Part shown: one piece after another, positions 30,863-39,684 of the stretch
Numbering within the stretch: position 1 is the first letter of the stretch
Layout: every line of letters starts with the position of its first letter
Source of the DNA: Gammaproteobacteria bacterium
GTDB lineage: Bacteria > Pseudomonadota > Gammaproteobacteria > UBA4575
Direction of reading: 5' to 3'
DNA: 64,000 nucleotides
NCBI GenBank assembly: GCA_965222615.1
Contig: CBDCUI010000009.1
Location: 352,001 to 416,000, forward strand
Notes under the pieces: generated by a model
The model's database searches: none
Seen by the model: the letters and a program-made list of their open reading frames with translations, nothing else
What the model was told of the DNA's origin: nothing
Made by a program: the position numbers and the translations under genes

Positions 30863-31870
30863 CTAACGGATATGTAAAATACTCTTGACTTGTTTACCAT
30901 TGGTTTGCTCCACTTTTCTCCATGAGCTTTCATCATTAAGTGATTGCCAACGTCGCTCCTCCTTTATGTAATTCCAATCTTTATCATTCTGATAAAATAC
31001 CTGTACCCCTTTTGCTTCAATGATGTTTAGTATTTCATTATCATGATAATTATATTCATCAAAGTCAGTTAATGCCTTTTGCGCCATTTCTGAATAGAGC
31101 TCACTAATGTCCAACAAATCATCATTAATGTTTCTGTCGAGAGTCTTTATGTTAAGCCCTATTTGACCAGCTTCTCTAGCGGTAATTGGGTAGCCATGTG
31201 AAGGATATTCAGAATTCAAGTGGGTACTAATTCTCAAACATTCTTCTTCATCATCAATGTGGTAAGAAAGTATCTCCTTACATATCTTGATTGATAATGA
31301 GCTAGAACGATCTATGGCACCAATCACAAGAGGATGAACATATTTAAAGATTTCTGTATAGGGATTGGAATGATGCTCTTTAGCATTAACATTCCATAAT
31401 TGTATAAGTCTAGATAGCTCATCTTGACTTACACTAACACGACGATTATCCCTCTCATCAATTGGAGAAAGATCATGTGTCAAGGATGAATCAATAGCAG
31501 TTAGATGGGCAAGTGGCCCCATATGAATTTCATTAGCGCCCAAGCAAATCATTGTTGCAGCAGAGGCACATTCAAGAGGAATATAAGCAACCAAGTCTTT
31601 ACATTTCTCACGAAGCAAATTGACAATACGCAAGGCAGCTTCAACATTACCCCCATTTGATTTAATAAATATACCAGCCTGATTTGAAACACCAATTTTT
31701 TCTAAAATGACATACAAGGCAATTACATCATTATCACAAACACTTCCTCGGTTAGAATTCCAATAACAAATAATATCCCTATTCGTAAATTCACTTAGCC
31801 TTTCAATGATTTGCTGGGTATCTGGAAATAATAGCGGGGGTTCTTTTACCTTGGCACTTTTTTTCTGCAT
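30863..31870 (-). CDS. SDH/ClpP-crotonase-like serine protease
   Basis: SNGG, CASAATMI (Ser), MGP..LTAID (Asp), SHGYPI (His). Confidence 0.8.
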   Translation of the reverse strand: MQKKSAKVKEPPLLFPDTQQIIERLSEFTNRDIICYWNSNRGSVCDNDVIALYVILEKIGVSNQAGIFIKSNGGNVEAALRIVNLLREKCKDLVAYIPLECASAATMICLGANEIHMGPLAHLTAIDSSLTHDLSPIDERDNRRVSVSQDELSRLIQLWNVNAKEHHSNPYTEIFKYVHPLVIGAIDRSSSLSIKICKEILSYHIDDEEECLRISTHLNSEYPSHGYPITAREAGQIGLNIKTLDRNINDDLLDISELYSEMAQKALTDFDEYNYHDNEILNIIEAKGVQVFYQNDKDWNYIKEERRWQSLNDESSWRKVEQTNGKQVKSILHIR

Positions 31871-32085
31871 TGTATAAATCTCTAAATGTAGTTATTGCTA
31901 AAGCTTTGAGTAAGTATTGCTATTAGCTATTCAAGTTCGAAACACAATATATTGCATAAATTTGAGCATGGACAGCTCGTTTATCCACTACAAATGCAGC
32001 TTCATGAATTCTTTATGTATGAATCACCTACTAGCAGACCGCCCAGCGTCTAAAGAGCGCAATTAAGAGGTTTTGTTGTGTGTTG

Positions 32086-32262
32086 CTATCCGCACGATTT
32101 TGGAACTACTGCTTTAAGTGAAAGAATGTGCTCGACTTTCATTACTCCATCGTAGTCTGCAGCAAAACCATCCTGCAGTGCAGTACTTTTGTGCCCATTA
32201 AAGCTAACATAAACTTCGTCGTATGGTTCAGTTGAATGTTTCTAAGGAATTGACTTTTCCAT
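32086..32262 (-). pseudogene. Decayed distal cassette ORF
   Basis: ATG directly after the R' box GTTAAGC; in-frame TAG at codon 7, then a short open stretch. Confidence 0.4.
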
Positions 32263-32264
32263 TA

Positions 32265-32337
32265 GCTTAACATCCGCGCTCAACATAAAAGTACCCGCTA
32301 TGCGGGCACTTTGTTCGGCTGCAATCCCTTGTTACAT
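32265..32337 (-). other. attC site
   Basis: ATGTAAC (overlapping the stop)...AAAGTGCCCGC-ATA-GCGGGTACTTT...GTTAAGC. Confidence 0.8.
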
Positions 32338-32973
32338 TTTATTTGCAACTGCACAATACGAAATAAACGGTGTACCTTCTTTTTCCCTAATATGTGCACC
32401 AGAAAATCCTGCCTCTGCAAGTAAATTAACAACATCATCACATGAATAAGAATTAAAAATATCTTCACTTAGATTGAGCGTACTCATTTGATTATCGTCT
32501 CTAAAGCCAATAACAATTCTTCCGCCAGGTTTAATTACACGAAACATTTCGTTGAAATAATTTTCAGGACTATTCCAAAAATACAGAGTATTTGTTGAGC
32601 ATAATTTATCAAACGCATTGTTCTCAAATGGGAGTGAACCACATTCTCCTTCATACAGGATCACTCTACCTGAAGAAATGTGCTTTTTATTTACTTTCTC
32701 GGCTTGCTTCAACATAACCTGTGAAAAATCAATTGCTCTCACGAGTCCCTTAGTAGTTATGTTTGCCATTTCATGTATCAAATTTCCTGAACCGAAACCA
32801 ATTTCCAAAACATTGTCTTCAGCTTGCAAATCAAGACATTTCTTAACGAAGGCGTTAAGGTCGGCATTGCCACTATTAAATATCTTGGTCATTACATAGC
32901 GACCAATAATTCCTGATGGCTTTCTAGCCTGTAGGGACAAAACTCTAGATGGAATTAATTTCACTATAAACAT
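32332..32973 (-). CDS. Class I SAM-dependent methyltransferase (cassette)
   Basis: VLEIGFGSG, LPF..FD, RVIKPGG. Confidence 0.9.
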   Translation of the reverse strand: MFIVKLIPSRVLSLQARKPSGIIGRYVMTKIFNSGNADLNAFVKKCLDLQAEDNVLEIGFGSGNLIHEMANITTKGLVRAIDFSQVMLKQAEKVNKKHISSGRVILYEGECGSLPFENNAFDKLCSTNTLYFWNSPENYFNEMFRVIKPGGRIVIGFRDDNQMSTLNLSEDIFNSYSCDDVVNLLAEAGFSGAHIREKEGTPFISYCAVANKM

Positions 32974-32987
32974 GGCTCATTTAGTAA

Positions 32988-33059
32988 GCATTACACTCAA
33001 GCTCAGCCGCAGTTAAATTGCGTAATAGGTTAATCGTCCGCTTTAGCATCTTGTTAGGC
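32988..33059 (-). other. attC site, degenerate (R' = GTAATGC)
   Basis: GCCTAACAAGATGCTAAAGCGGAC...GCGGCTGAGCTTGAGT-GTAATGC. Confidence 0.65.
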
Positions 33060-33068
33060 GTCATTTGA

Positions 33069-33297
33069 CTACAGCACAGTCTGCTTGCGCCAAACAACTC
33101 TTGAGCTAGCGTCAGATATATCGATTACATAAACTTCCAATTCCTCTTTGCGAAACTTGTCAGATTCCATTTCATAGTCTATCTTGAATCGCATGCGACA
33201 CATAACAGTCACTCCATATTTATGTACCGTGATCTCCGTGATGTCTAAGGCAAAAAACCGTAGCGAAAACTGCGTTTAGCAGAACATATTGGAGCAT
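33069..33297 (-). pseudogene. Frameshifted cassette gene (secreted-protein-like)
   Basis: RBS AAGGAG then MLQYVLLNAVFATVF; shift in a T6 run; continues ALDITEITVHKYG...QTVL* just before the attC. Confidence 0.5.
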
Positions 33298-33456
33298 TTC
33301 TTTCTCCTTATTCTTAGTGTAGCTCTAGCAATAAATATAGCGGTCAGTTTGACCCACTCGAAGGAGCAATAGCTAGGAATAAGGAGCCTTTAGGCAAAAA
33401 ATTCCGCCACCTCTTTCCGTATTAGGCAGAAATATGTGTTATATCCTCGACAGCCT

Positions 33457-33738
33457 CTAACGAGAACCACCCATGACATAAAAGAAAAGAACTAGAAACG
33501 TTGAAAGGGCGAATCCTGGAATTGCTAGGACCACCCCAATTGAACCTAAGAGTTTACTCCCAGTGCGAAAGGCTATGACACCAAGAACGATTGCTAAGAT
33601 CGACACGAACATGGCAACTGGCTGTTCGGCTTCTGCCAGAATACTCGTAGAGGTAATGAAGCTCGGAAAAAATGAGAGAACCCCACTGAATAATGCAGTA
33701 ATTATGGAACAAATTGCTACAAAAAGACTTCTAGTCAT
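33457..33738 (-). CDS. Small membrane protein (cassette)
   Basis: 93 aa with three hydrophobic segments; follows the attC at 33773. Confidence 0.7.
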   Translation of the reverse strand: MTRSLFVAICSIITALFSGVLSFFPSFITSTSILAEAEQPVAMFVSILAIVLGVIAFRTGSKLLGSIGVVLAIPGFALSTFLVLFFYVMGGSR

Positions 33739-33772
33739 ATAAAAAGCAAAAAACTTATGGGAACAAACAGGG

Positions 33773-33845
33773 CTCTAACATTCTACATCAGCAACAGAGT
33801 GCGTGCGTAACAGACATCTTGTCCGACTGCATGTGCTTGTTAGGT
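33773..33845 (-). other. attC site
   Basis: ACCTAACAAGCACATGCAGTCGGAC...GCTGATGTAGAAT-GTTAGAG. Confidence 0.8.
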
Positions 33846-33904
33846 GTTATTAAACTCATTACATATAAAACTCTAGACCTTGCATAGCACGAAACCATGC
33901 GAGC

Positions 33905-34756
33905 TTATTTCTGCGCTTTTGCGGCTGTTCTAAGTTGAAGTGCAATTTTATTTCCCTTCTTGGCAGGATGTCGAAGTGCGTGGCGGATGAGCCACTTCAT
34001 GCCATTAGATGAGTCTACCAACCACCGCTCGCAAATTTCAAACACCAAATCAGGATGATCTTTTGCTATATCTCCAAGGTGATTTGCAACACTACGACGC
34101 ACATAAAGGTTTCGATCGTCCTTTAAGGTTTCCAATATTGGTAGCACCGGGCTAGGATTCGCAATAAATGATGGAATTCGCATCGCCCATGGTAATCTTG
34201 GACGAGTACCTTCCGAGCAAAGTCTGCGAACATGAGGGTCTGGATCAGATGTCCATTTAAACAATCGCGTTAAAGTGCGTTCTTGTGTTTGAATTAAGAA
34301 TGGGCGTATAGAAAATTCCGCACTGAATCGTTTGGTAAGTTCATACTGTGCTCTCATAGAAATTTCAAACGGATCTTGTCCATTATTTTCCTCTAGGTTA
34401 AGCCCATACTCTGCAACAAAAGAAACATGTGGCAGATAGAAGAACACCTCCAAACCATTGTCTTCCGTATTCGATAATGGTGGTGTCAAAGATGCCAAAA
34501 GGATATCTATGGCAGTTTCATAGTTTTTCGGCAAGAATTGGTGAAGTGTTCTGGCAAGTTTCCGACCACGCTCTATGAGACCAAGTGGTTCTAAGCCATC
34601 CAGTGCATCCTCAGAAAACGACTTTCCATCAAACTCTGTATACACAAGTGAAATATTGCGTGCCAAACAATCAACTGCCTCTTGCCCAAGCAGGTACTTA
34701 AGAGGCTTTCCTTTTTGGATCGATTTCGGCGCATCGGGTATTCGCGGTACAGTCAT
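33905..34756 (-). CDS. DNA alkylation repair (AlkC/AlkD-like HEAT-repeat) protein (cassette)
   Basis: LTKRFSAEFSIRPF, HVRRLCSEGTRPRLPW, YVRRSVANHLGDIAKDHP. Confidence 0.9.
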   Translation of the reverse strand: MTVPRIPDAPKSIQKGKPLKYLLGQEAVDCLARNISLVYTEFDGKSFSEDALDGLEPLGLIERGRKLARTLHQFLPKNYETAIDILLASLTPPLSNTEDNGLEVFFYLPHVSFVAEYGLNLEENNGQDPFEISMRAQYELTKRFSAEFSIRPFLIQTQERTLTRLFKWTSDPDPHVRRLCSEGTRPRLPWAMRIPSFIANPSPVLPILETLKDDRNLYVRRSVANHLGDIAKDHPDLVFEICERWLVDSSNGMKWLIRHALRHPAKKGNKIALQLRTAAKAQK

Positions 34757-34782
34757 TTATACAACTTATTTTCAGAAGATAG

Positions 34783-34872
34783 GGTCAACGGCTAAGCTAA
34801 GCGGCTATTGATTTTAGTGGTGAGAATTCCCCATCTAAATTCATCTTTTCAAGCTCGAACGTTTGGTTAGAA
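34783..34872 (-). other. attC site, degenerate relative of the 42125/43443 type
   Basis: TTCTAACCAAACGTTCGAGC...GGGGAATTCTCACCAC...GCTTAGCTTAGCC-GTTGACC. Confidence 0.7.
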
Positions 34873-34972
34873 GGCGCATTCCATATCCCGTTATTGGCTA
34901 TGTTCAATCTAGGTTCCTACTTTCTCATTTTTTACCATTTTTTCGTTCATGCTTCCGGCAACTTTGGCACGC

Positions 34973-35057
34973 TCTCAACCTACACGCTTAACTTGATCTT
35001 TCCACCCTCGCTTAGCTTCATCGTCTAAGCACATCCGAGCTGAGTAATTTGTTAGGT
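34973..35057 (-). other. attC site, degenerate (R' position uncertain)
   Basis: R'' ACCTAAC matches the cassette start GTTAGGTTT; GCTTAG..CTAAGC inner stem; distal arm eroded. Confidence 0.5.
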
Positions 35058-35294
35058 TTATTTAGTAAATTCATAAAATAGATTAATTAGAAAAATACTC
35101 ATTCCTAAAAACAAAATAAGATAAAAAGCCCAACCAAGATATTTACCTTTAGCTGGGAACATACCATCAGTTGGATTGCTAACTAATGGATAAAACCAAT
35201 GTTGTTTAGCTTCAGATTTTTTATCTGTTAATAAGCGGAAAACAACATATCCAATTATGACAAGACTCAAAATTCCCCAGACATAAATTATCAA
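35058..35294 (-). CDS. Small two-TM protein (cassette)
   Basis: 78 aa ORF bounded by attC sites. Confidence 0.65.
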   Translation of the reverse strand: MIIYVWGILSLVIIGYVVFRLLTDKKSEAKQHWFYPLVSNPTDGMFPAKGKYLGWAFYLILFLGMSIFLINLFYEFTK

Positions 35295-35310
35295 TATTAT
35301 AAATATGCAA

Positions 35311-35406
35311 ACCTAACACCCGCAATAGCGGCATTTGATGCGGACTCGACTTTGCTGCAGCAAAGGAGCAACCGAGTTATATGTCTGTTGCTTAAGCTGG
35401 TTAGAC
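35311..35406 (-). other. attC site
   Basis: GTCTAAC (overlapping the stop)...CTTTGCTGCAGCAAAG...GTTAGGT. Confidence 0.75.
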
Positions 35407-36033
35407 GACATGATACCAACTGTAACCGTGTGGCAAGGTAGGCGGTCCAAATAGAAAATGTAGGACTCGACGGGTACTGCTGTGCATAAGTTTTGTTGAT
35501 GCATGTTCCAATAGAGGTCGCATAACTAATGCGCCGCCTTTCTTCACAGGAATAGAAACTGCTTCAGCTCGCTTACTTTTCTTAGCATTTTGGTGAGAAC
35601 CAGGAACAACCTGCAAATCACCTTCGTTTGCTTCGTCTAGGCTGAGGCGTACCGCAATAAAGTCTTTCAATATTTCATGAGGAGGGCGAACGAATTCCAT
35701 TCCGTCTTTAGTACCCGATGCATCCCACCCATTACCACCTTTAGCTGGAATAACCCGATCTCGGTGGAGTCGAACGGCCCAATTTCTAGACTGCGATTTG
35801 ATGAAGGAGGTGCATTGAACAGCTACGTAATCGTTGAGTAGACCCTTAAGCTGTGAGCAACTGCGTAGTTGGACGGCCGTACGCTTAATTGTCTCATCAT
35901 CTAGCAAGTTTCGTGAGCCCGCGGACTTTTCATTAGCCACGGAGTCCATCAAAACATTGATATCACGGGGATCAAGAACCTGATCCACTACAACGAAGCC
36001 GTCTTGCTCAAACGTTTGTTTCACGTTGATCAC
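35401..36033 (-). CDS. PhyH-like Fe(II)/2OG dioxygenase (cassette)
   Basis: DGFVV, LHRD (HxD), LQVVPGSH, HAS, RRVLH; start must lie after the attC at 36037. Confidence 0.85.
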   Translation of the reverse strand: MINVKQTFEQDGFVVVDQVLDPRDINVLMDSVANEKSAGSRNLLDDETIKRTAVQLRSCSQLKGLLNDYVAVQCTSFIKSQSRNWAVRLHRDRVIPAKGGNGWDASGTKDGMEFVRPPHEILKDFIAVRLSLDEANEGDLQVVPGSHQNAKKSKRAEAVSIPVKKGGALVMRPLLEHASTKLMHSSTRRVLHFLFGPPTLPHGYSWYHVV

Positions 36034-36036
36034 GCC

Positions 36037-36105
36037 ATCTAACGATAAGCTAAGGAGCAGCAAAAGTCAGGCTTTTGGCTGTCACGTTCAAGCACATTGT
36101 TAGCT
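36037..36105 (-). other. attC site
   Basis: AGCTAACAATGTGCTTGAAC...CAGCCAAAAG..CTTTTGCTG...GTTAGAT. Confidence 0.8.
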
Positions 36106-36516
36106 GTTGATACTTTGCTCACGTTCAAGCACCCAACATCTTTGGTTGTTCGTAAACCCAATATTTTCATAGTATTGATTGGCTGTTGGTGCAGCAATTA
36201 AAATCAATTTGCACTTTGCGCCTAGTTGCTTTTGAGTAATAGCCTGTAGCATTTTCCCAATACCACATTTTTGATATTTTTTATCAACTGCAAGGTCAGA
36301 AAGATAACAAGCATAGTGAAAGTCCGTCATGGAGCGCGCGATGCCTATGAGTTTTTCACCGTCCCAAGCTGTGACCATTAGATTGCTATTATTAACCATG
36401 CCTTCCATACACTCTCGATCTTCAATTGGCCTACGCTCTCCCAGAGTAGATTCACGCAACAAACCAATGAATTGATCAGCTGTGATAGGAGTGTTTACTT
36501 TATATTCGATACTCAT
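36100..36516 (-). CDS. GNAT family N-acetyltransferase (cassette)
   Basis: LIGIAR, YLSDLAVDKKYQKCGIG, YYENIGF. Confidence 0.92.
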   Translation of the reverse strand: MSIEYKVNTPITADQFIGLLRESTLGERRPIEDRECMEGMVNNSNLMVTAWDGEKLIGIARSMTDFHYACYLSDLAVDKKYQKCGIGKMLQAITQKQLGAKCKLILIAAPTANQYYENIGFTNNQRCWVLEREQSINS

Positions 36517-36529
36517 GAATTCCTTTGGC

Positions 36530-36549
36530 AGTTAATGGTTTGGTTAGCC
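36530..36549 (-). other. Collapsed attC remnant (20 bp)
   Basis: GGCTAAC-CAAACC-ATTAACT: R'' joined almost directly to a mutated R'. Confidence 0.7.
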
Positions 36550-36553
36550 ACTT

Positions 36554-37141
36554 TCATTCGTCGGAAACTCTAGACATAAGAACAGAACTTAAGGCCGAAC
36601 TGATATCCTGATCAAGTGTTTTGATGCCCTTAATCACGAACTTCCCGCCATTTCGCCACAACGTTTGCGTACTCGCTAGGACCTCTGAAGTCTGGGGATT
36701 CAGGACCCTTACATCAATTAGCACCTCCGTACCTCCCTCAAGAATGGCAGGTAACCCAATAACGAACCGTGGACCTAACTCGTGAACCACAATAAGAAGT
36801 GCTCGTTCCGGCTCGGGTGCCGATTTGGACACCAGACGTAAGAGCTCCTCGTTCGATGGCGGCTGTTTCGCCCAAGACAAACGATGTATTCCTGTGACCG
36901 CAATGCAATCGGCACGATTCAGAAAATCTTGTATTCCTCGTAAGGCAGCGGCTTCACGAAGCTGGGGTTCTTTTTGGTCTGGACGCCATTGTGGGCCCCA
37001 ATAAACCAATGTGGATACCGCCGGCTTACCTGCATGGCACAGTGGCTCCTTCAGCAGTGTGCCGGTCGTTTCAACTTTGGTCGATGCACATCCCGTTAAG
37101 AATGCTAAGGAAATAATTGCGGCAGAAACTAAGGTATGCAT
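36554..37141 (-). CDS. Hypothetical lipoprotein (cassette)
   Basis: Lipobox LTGC; 195 aa. Confidence 0.8.
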   Translation of the reverse strand: MHTLVSAAIISLAFLTGCASTKVETTGTLLKEPLCHAGKPAVSTLVYWGPQWRPDQKEPQLREAAALRGIQDFLNRADCIAVTGIHRLSWAKQPPSNEELLRLVSKSAPEPERALLIVVHELGPRFVIGLPAILEGGTEVLIDVRVLNPQTSEVLASTQTLWRNGGKFVIKGIKTLDQDISSALSSVLMSRVSDE

Positions 37142-37148
37142 TTGTTGT

Positions 37149-37211
37149 GGCTAACGGTTGAACTAACGGACTCGAGTGTAACGAGGCTCCGGATTGAGTG
37201 ACTTGCTAGCA
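37149..37211 (-). other. attC site (R'' AAC>AGC)
   Basis: TGCTAGCAAGTCACTCAATCCGG...CCGTTAGTTCAACC-GTTAGCC. Confidence 0.8.
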
Positions 37212-37217
37212 GTAATT

Positions 37218-37520
37218 CTAATCAAAAATCTTATTCCAGTTATGCAGAAAGTCACTTTTACTCTTAAACGCAGTAACATATGGCCAGTCTGGCGTTGATT
37301 CTTGAGACCATGTTAAGTGAACACAATATAATGGAAACTCTGTATCTTTAGTTGAAAATAAAACATCATCTCGATCATGCCGACGTGCAATAGCACAAAC
37401 TTCTTTGTTGAATAGAACATGGCCTTTACAAACTTCCCTACGTAATTCTTTATTCATGGGATCTGATTCATTTGCATTTAGTAGAGACCAACCTTCTGGC
37501 ATTTCATCTTCTGTAAACAT
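37218..37520 (-). CDS. Hypothetical protein, possibly immunity-like (cassette)
   Basis: ELRREV..GHVL...ARRHDRDDVLF...VHLTW; function not established. Confidence 0.7.
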   Translation of the reverse strand: MFTEDEMPEGWSLLNANESDPMNKELRREVCKGHVLFNKEVCAIARRHDRDDVLFSTKDTEFPLYCVHLTWSQESTPDWPYVTAFKSKSDFLHNWNKIFD

Positions 37521-37529
37521 TTCAATTAC

Positions 37530-37589
37530 TGCTAACGGCTAAATCCAGATGCGCGCTTTCATGCGTCGGGCTGGGACACCTTGTTAGAT
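37530..37589 (-). other. attC site
   Basis: ATCTAACAAGGTGTCCCAGCCCGACGCA...GCGCATCTGGATTTAGCC-GTTAGCA. Confidence 0.8.
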
Positions 37590-38015
37590 TGAATTAAATA
37601 CTTCTTCAATTTTAATGTAGTCCTTTCTTAATACGCTGTTATTTAATAATTCGTTTCTACAGCCTTCAGAAATTAACTTCACTTCTTCTTTAAGTTCAGG
37701 ATATAAGTCATAAAATTGTTTTTCTGCTTTCATTACACTTAAAAGCAAATCTCCTTCATAGCAATCACCACTTACTAAAGGATTCGCCTCGAGAAGCTTG
37801 ATTGCCAAAGGAATTAAATACGGCAAAGATATATTTTGCCCTATCATTATTCTTAGATCCTCTGCATCAAATTTATTTAATGGCTTGTGTCGCAATTTAT
37901 GACAAGTTTCAACAAGTGAGGTCGTATTTTCCGCCTTTCCCCAATCATCATTTTCTAACTCTGTTAAAGTTCTATTAAAGTCGTGCTTTTTAAGCTTTTT
38001 GAATTTCTTGGGCAT
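37584..38015 (-). CDS. CDI-type immunity protein (CdiI_3-like) (cassette)
   Basis: TLTELENDDWG...LRHKPL..F..EDLRIMIGQNI.L.YLIPLA...NPL..GD.YEGDLL pattern. Confidence 0.75.
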   Translation of the reverse strand: MPKKFKKLKKHDFNRTLTELENDDWGKAENTTSLVETCHKLRHKPLNKFDAEDLRIMIGQNISLPYLIPLAIKLLEANPLVSGDCYEGDLLLSVMKAEKQFYDLYPELKEEVKLISEGCRNELLNNSVLRKDYIKIEEVFNSI

Positions 38016-38019
38016 ATCA

Positions 38020-38100
38020 ATCTAGTGCCCGCCGTAACCGGCGCAGTTGTAGTGAGCGCAGCGAACGAAAATTGCGTCCGAGTTGACGGCATTGTTAGCC
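38020..38100 (-). other. attC site with mutated core (R' = ACTAGAT)
   Basis: GGCTAACAATGCCGTCAACTCGGACGCAA...TGCGCCGGTTACGGCGGGC-ACTAGAT. Confidence 0.85.
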
Positions 38101-38110
38101 GAGTAATATT

Positions 38111-38965
38111 TCATACCCGCTGTGCCACAACAGCAAACTCCGTACCTTGAGAATCAAACGGATGCCCCGCTACATCTCCCAATACTGACTCAACTGCCAA
38201 CCCGTGTTCCATAAGCTCTTTCTCTAAGCTTTCAGGTGAGTAGTACTTAAGCCAGTTATACACCTCACGTTTTCCTCTCTCTTCTACGATGGTGTACTTA
38301 TCCAGACTAACTACTTCCGTCTCGTATTTGAAGCTGGTAAGAAAACCGTAATATGATGAAGATGACCAAAATCCATTAAGCAAATTCTTTTCGAACAATA
38401 TCACCTCCTTCTTCTGCTCAAAAGCCAACTGAGAGTAAACATCAAAGACCAAACGCCCTTTGCTCGAAAGTGAATTAGAAAACTTGCGGAACATCACTGA
38501 CCGCTGCGGGGCACTCAGCGCACAAATATCACACATTATCATGATGATAAGGTCATACGTGCCTTCTGGTTCAAACTCTAGATAGTTCGCCTGGTGAAAT
38601 GAGATTTGTTGCCCTAATGATTCTGCCTGGCTATTTGCATATGTGACCGAAATTGGAGAAAAATCAACGCCCGTTACCTTTGCTCCGCAGGAAGCGATTC
38701 GAGAAGCATATAATCCTGGACCGCAGCCGTAATCTATGACCCTACTCTCCTTCGAAAGTCCGAAATGACCAACCATCCAATCAACTGACTCATTTATGAA
38801 AGTTTCTCGCCGCGATGAAACATCAATCTCTGGATTAAGGTGAAACGCCAACATTTGTTTTGATGTATGTGGATCAGTCCACAACGCTTTTGCGGTATAA
38901 ATCGAGAAAGGTTCTGGCTTCGCTACGATGTAAGCTAACTCGGTGTACAGATCAAATGGCTCCAT
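38111..38965 (-). CDS. Class I SAM-dependent methyltransferase (cassette)
   Basis: VIDYGCGPGLY, VTGVDFS. Confidence 0.9.
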   Translation of the reverse strand: MEPFDLYTELAYIVAKPEPFSIYTAKALWTDPHTSKQMLAFHLNPEIDVSSRRETFINESVDWMVGHFGLSKESRVIDYGCGPGLYASRIASCGAKVTGVDFSPISVTYANSQAESLGQQISFHQANYLEFEPEGTYDLIIMIMCDICALSAPQRSVMFRKFSNSLSSKGRLVFDVYSQLAFEQKKEVILFEKNLLNGFWSSSSYYGFLTSFKYETEVVSLDKYTIVEERGKREVYNWLKYYSPESLEKELMEHGLAVESVLGDVAGHPFDSQGTEFAVVAQRV

Positions 38966-38996
38966 TACTAAATCATTCTCTGAAATTTGTATTCAC

Positions 38997-39074
38997 GGCT
39001 AATGTTGGAGATAACCGGCATTTGACGGCGCGAGCGTCGCGCGGTCAAGTGTCCGGCTGATTGACTTGTTAGGC
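38997..39074 (-). other. attC site with mutated core (R' = ATTAGCC)
   Basis: GCCTAACAAGTCAATCAGCCGGACACTTGAC...GTCAAATGCCGGTTATCTCCAAC-ATTAGCC. Confidence 0.85.
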
Positions 39075-39081
39075 AATAGCA

Positions 39082-39579
39082 TCACTTGCCTCGTGGATCC
39101 GCAACTGTTCCCTTTAGTAAGATGATAAATATCATTGCATGTGTAACCAACAGAGCTGGTACGACAATTGCCGGGATGAAGAACGTGGCTCCAAGGTGGC
39201 CGTCTTCCGTGAACCGTAAACCTTGTGTTACGGCATTTATGAGGTCCAAGGTACCCTCGATGTTGAATATCCACACTATTGGGATAGAGGTGCGCCAATT
39301 GCCCCGCAACGAAAAAATCGCGACAAACGCGAGTAGTGCAGCCAGCAAATCTCCATACGCAGCTGGATTAGCGAAACGGGGATCGAGGGGTTCAGATGTG
39401 ACACCAGGTATTAAGAATGCGAGCCCGATAAAACGGAAGCAATGTAGAAAAATTAAAGGGATCAATGCTTGGGCAATATTGAGTCGCATTAAAGCAGGCC
39501 AAATGAACCACGCTGCTATTAGCCCATACGCGATAAGAGCGAGTAGGATGCAAACGGGTAGTATTAAGTCAATTGGCAT
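39082..39579 (-). CDS. Hypothetical multi-pass membrane protein (cassette)
   Basis: HCFRFIGLAFL, AYGDL, WIFNIEG.LD; true start ATG at 39579, because the upstream ORF extension is attC sequence. Confidence 0.8.
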   Translation of the reverse strand: MPIDLILPVCILLALIAYGLIAAWFIWPALMRLNIAQALIPLIFLHCFRFIGLAFLIPGVTSEPLDPRFANPAAYGDLLAALLAFVAIFSLRGNWRTSIPIVWIFNIEGTLDLINAVTQGLRFTEDGHLGATFFIPAIVVPALLVTHAMIFIILLKGTVADPRGK

Positions 39580-39609
39580 ATCTAAATGGTACGGCCAAGG
39601 GTTGCTATT

Positions 39610-39683
39610 GCCTAATGGTTGAGCTAAGGGCCGCGCGTAAGCGCAGTCCCGTGCGAAACACATACTTGAGCGACTCGTTGGCA
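39610..39683 (-). other. attC site with mutated core (R' = ATTAGGC)
   Basis: Paralogue of the 41475-41549 attC, with GTT>ATT. Confidence 0.85.
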
Positions 39684-39684
39684 A

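Noticed and set aside
29328-31870. Prophage remnant
   Set aside because: Only a lysin-like gene; no structural, terminase or phage integrase genes
32020-32085. Possible additional attC distal to the array
   Set aside because: Only a GTT/AAC-like end and weak pairing; too degenerate to call
39580-39684. N-terminal extensions of ORFs 39082-39684, 40259-40759 and 35401-36063
   Set aside because: The extensions are translated attC sequence upstream of the cassette boundary
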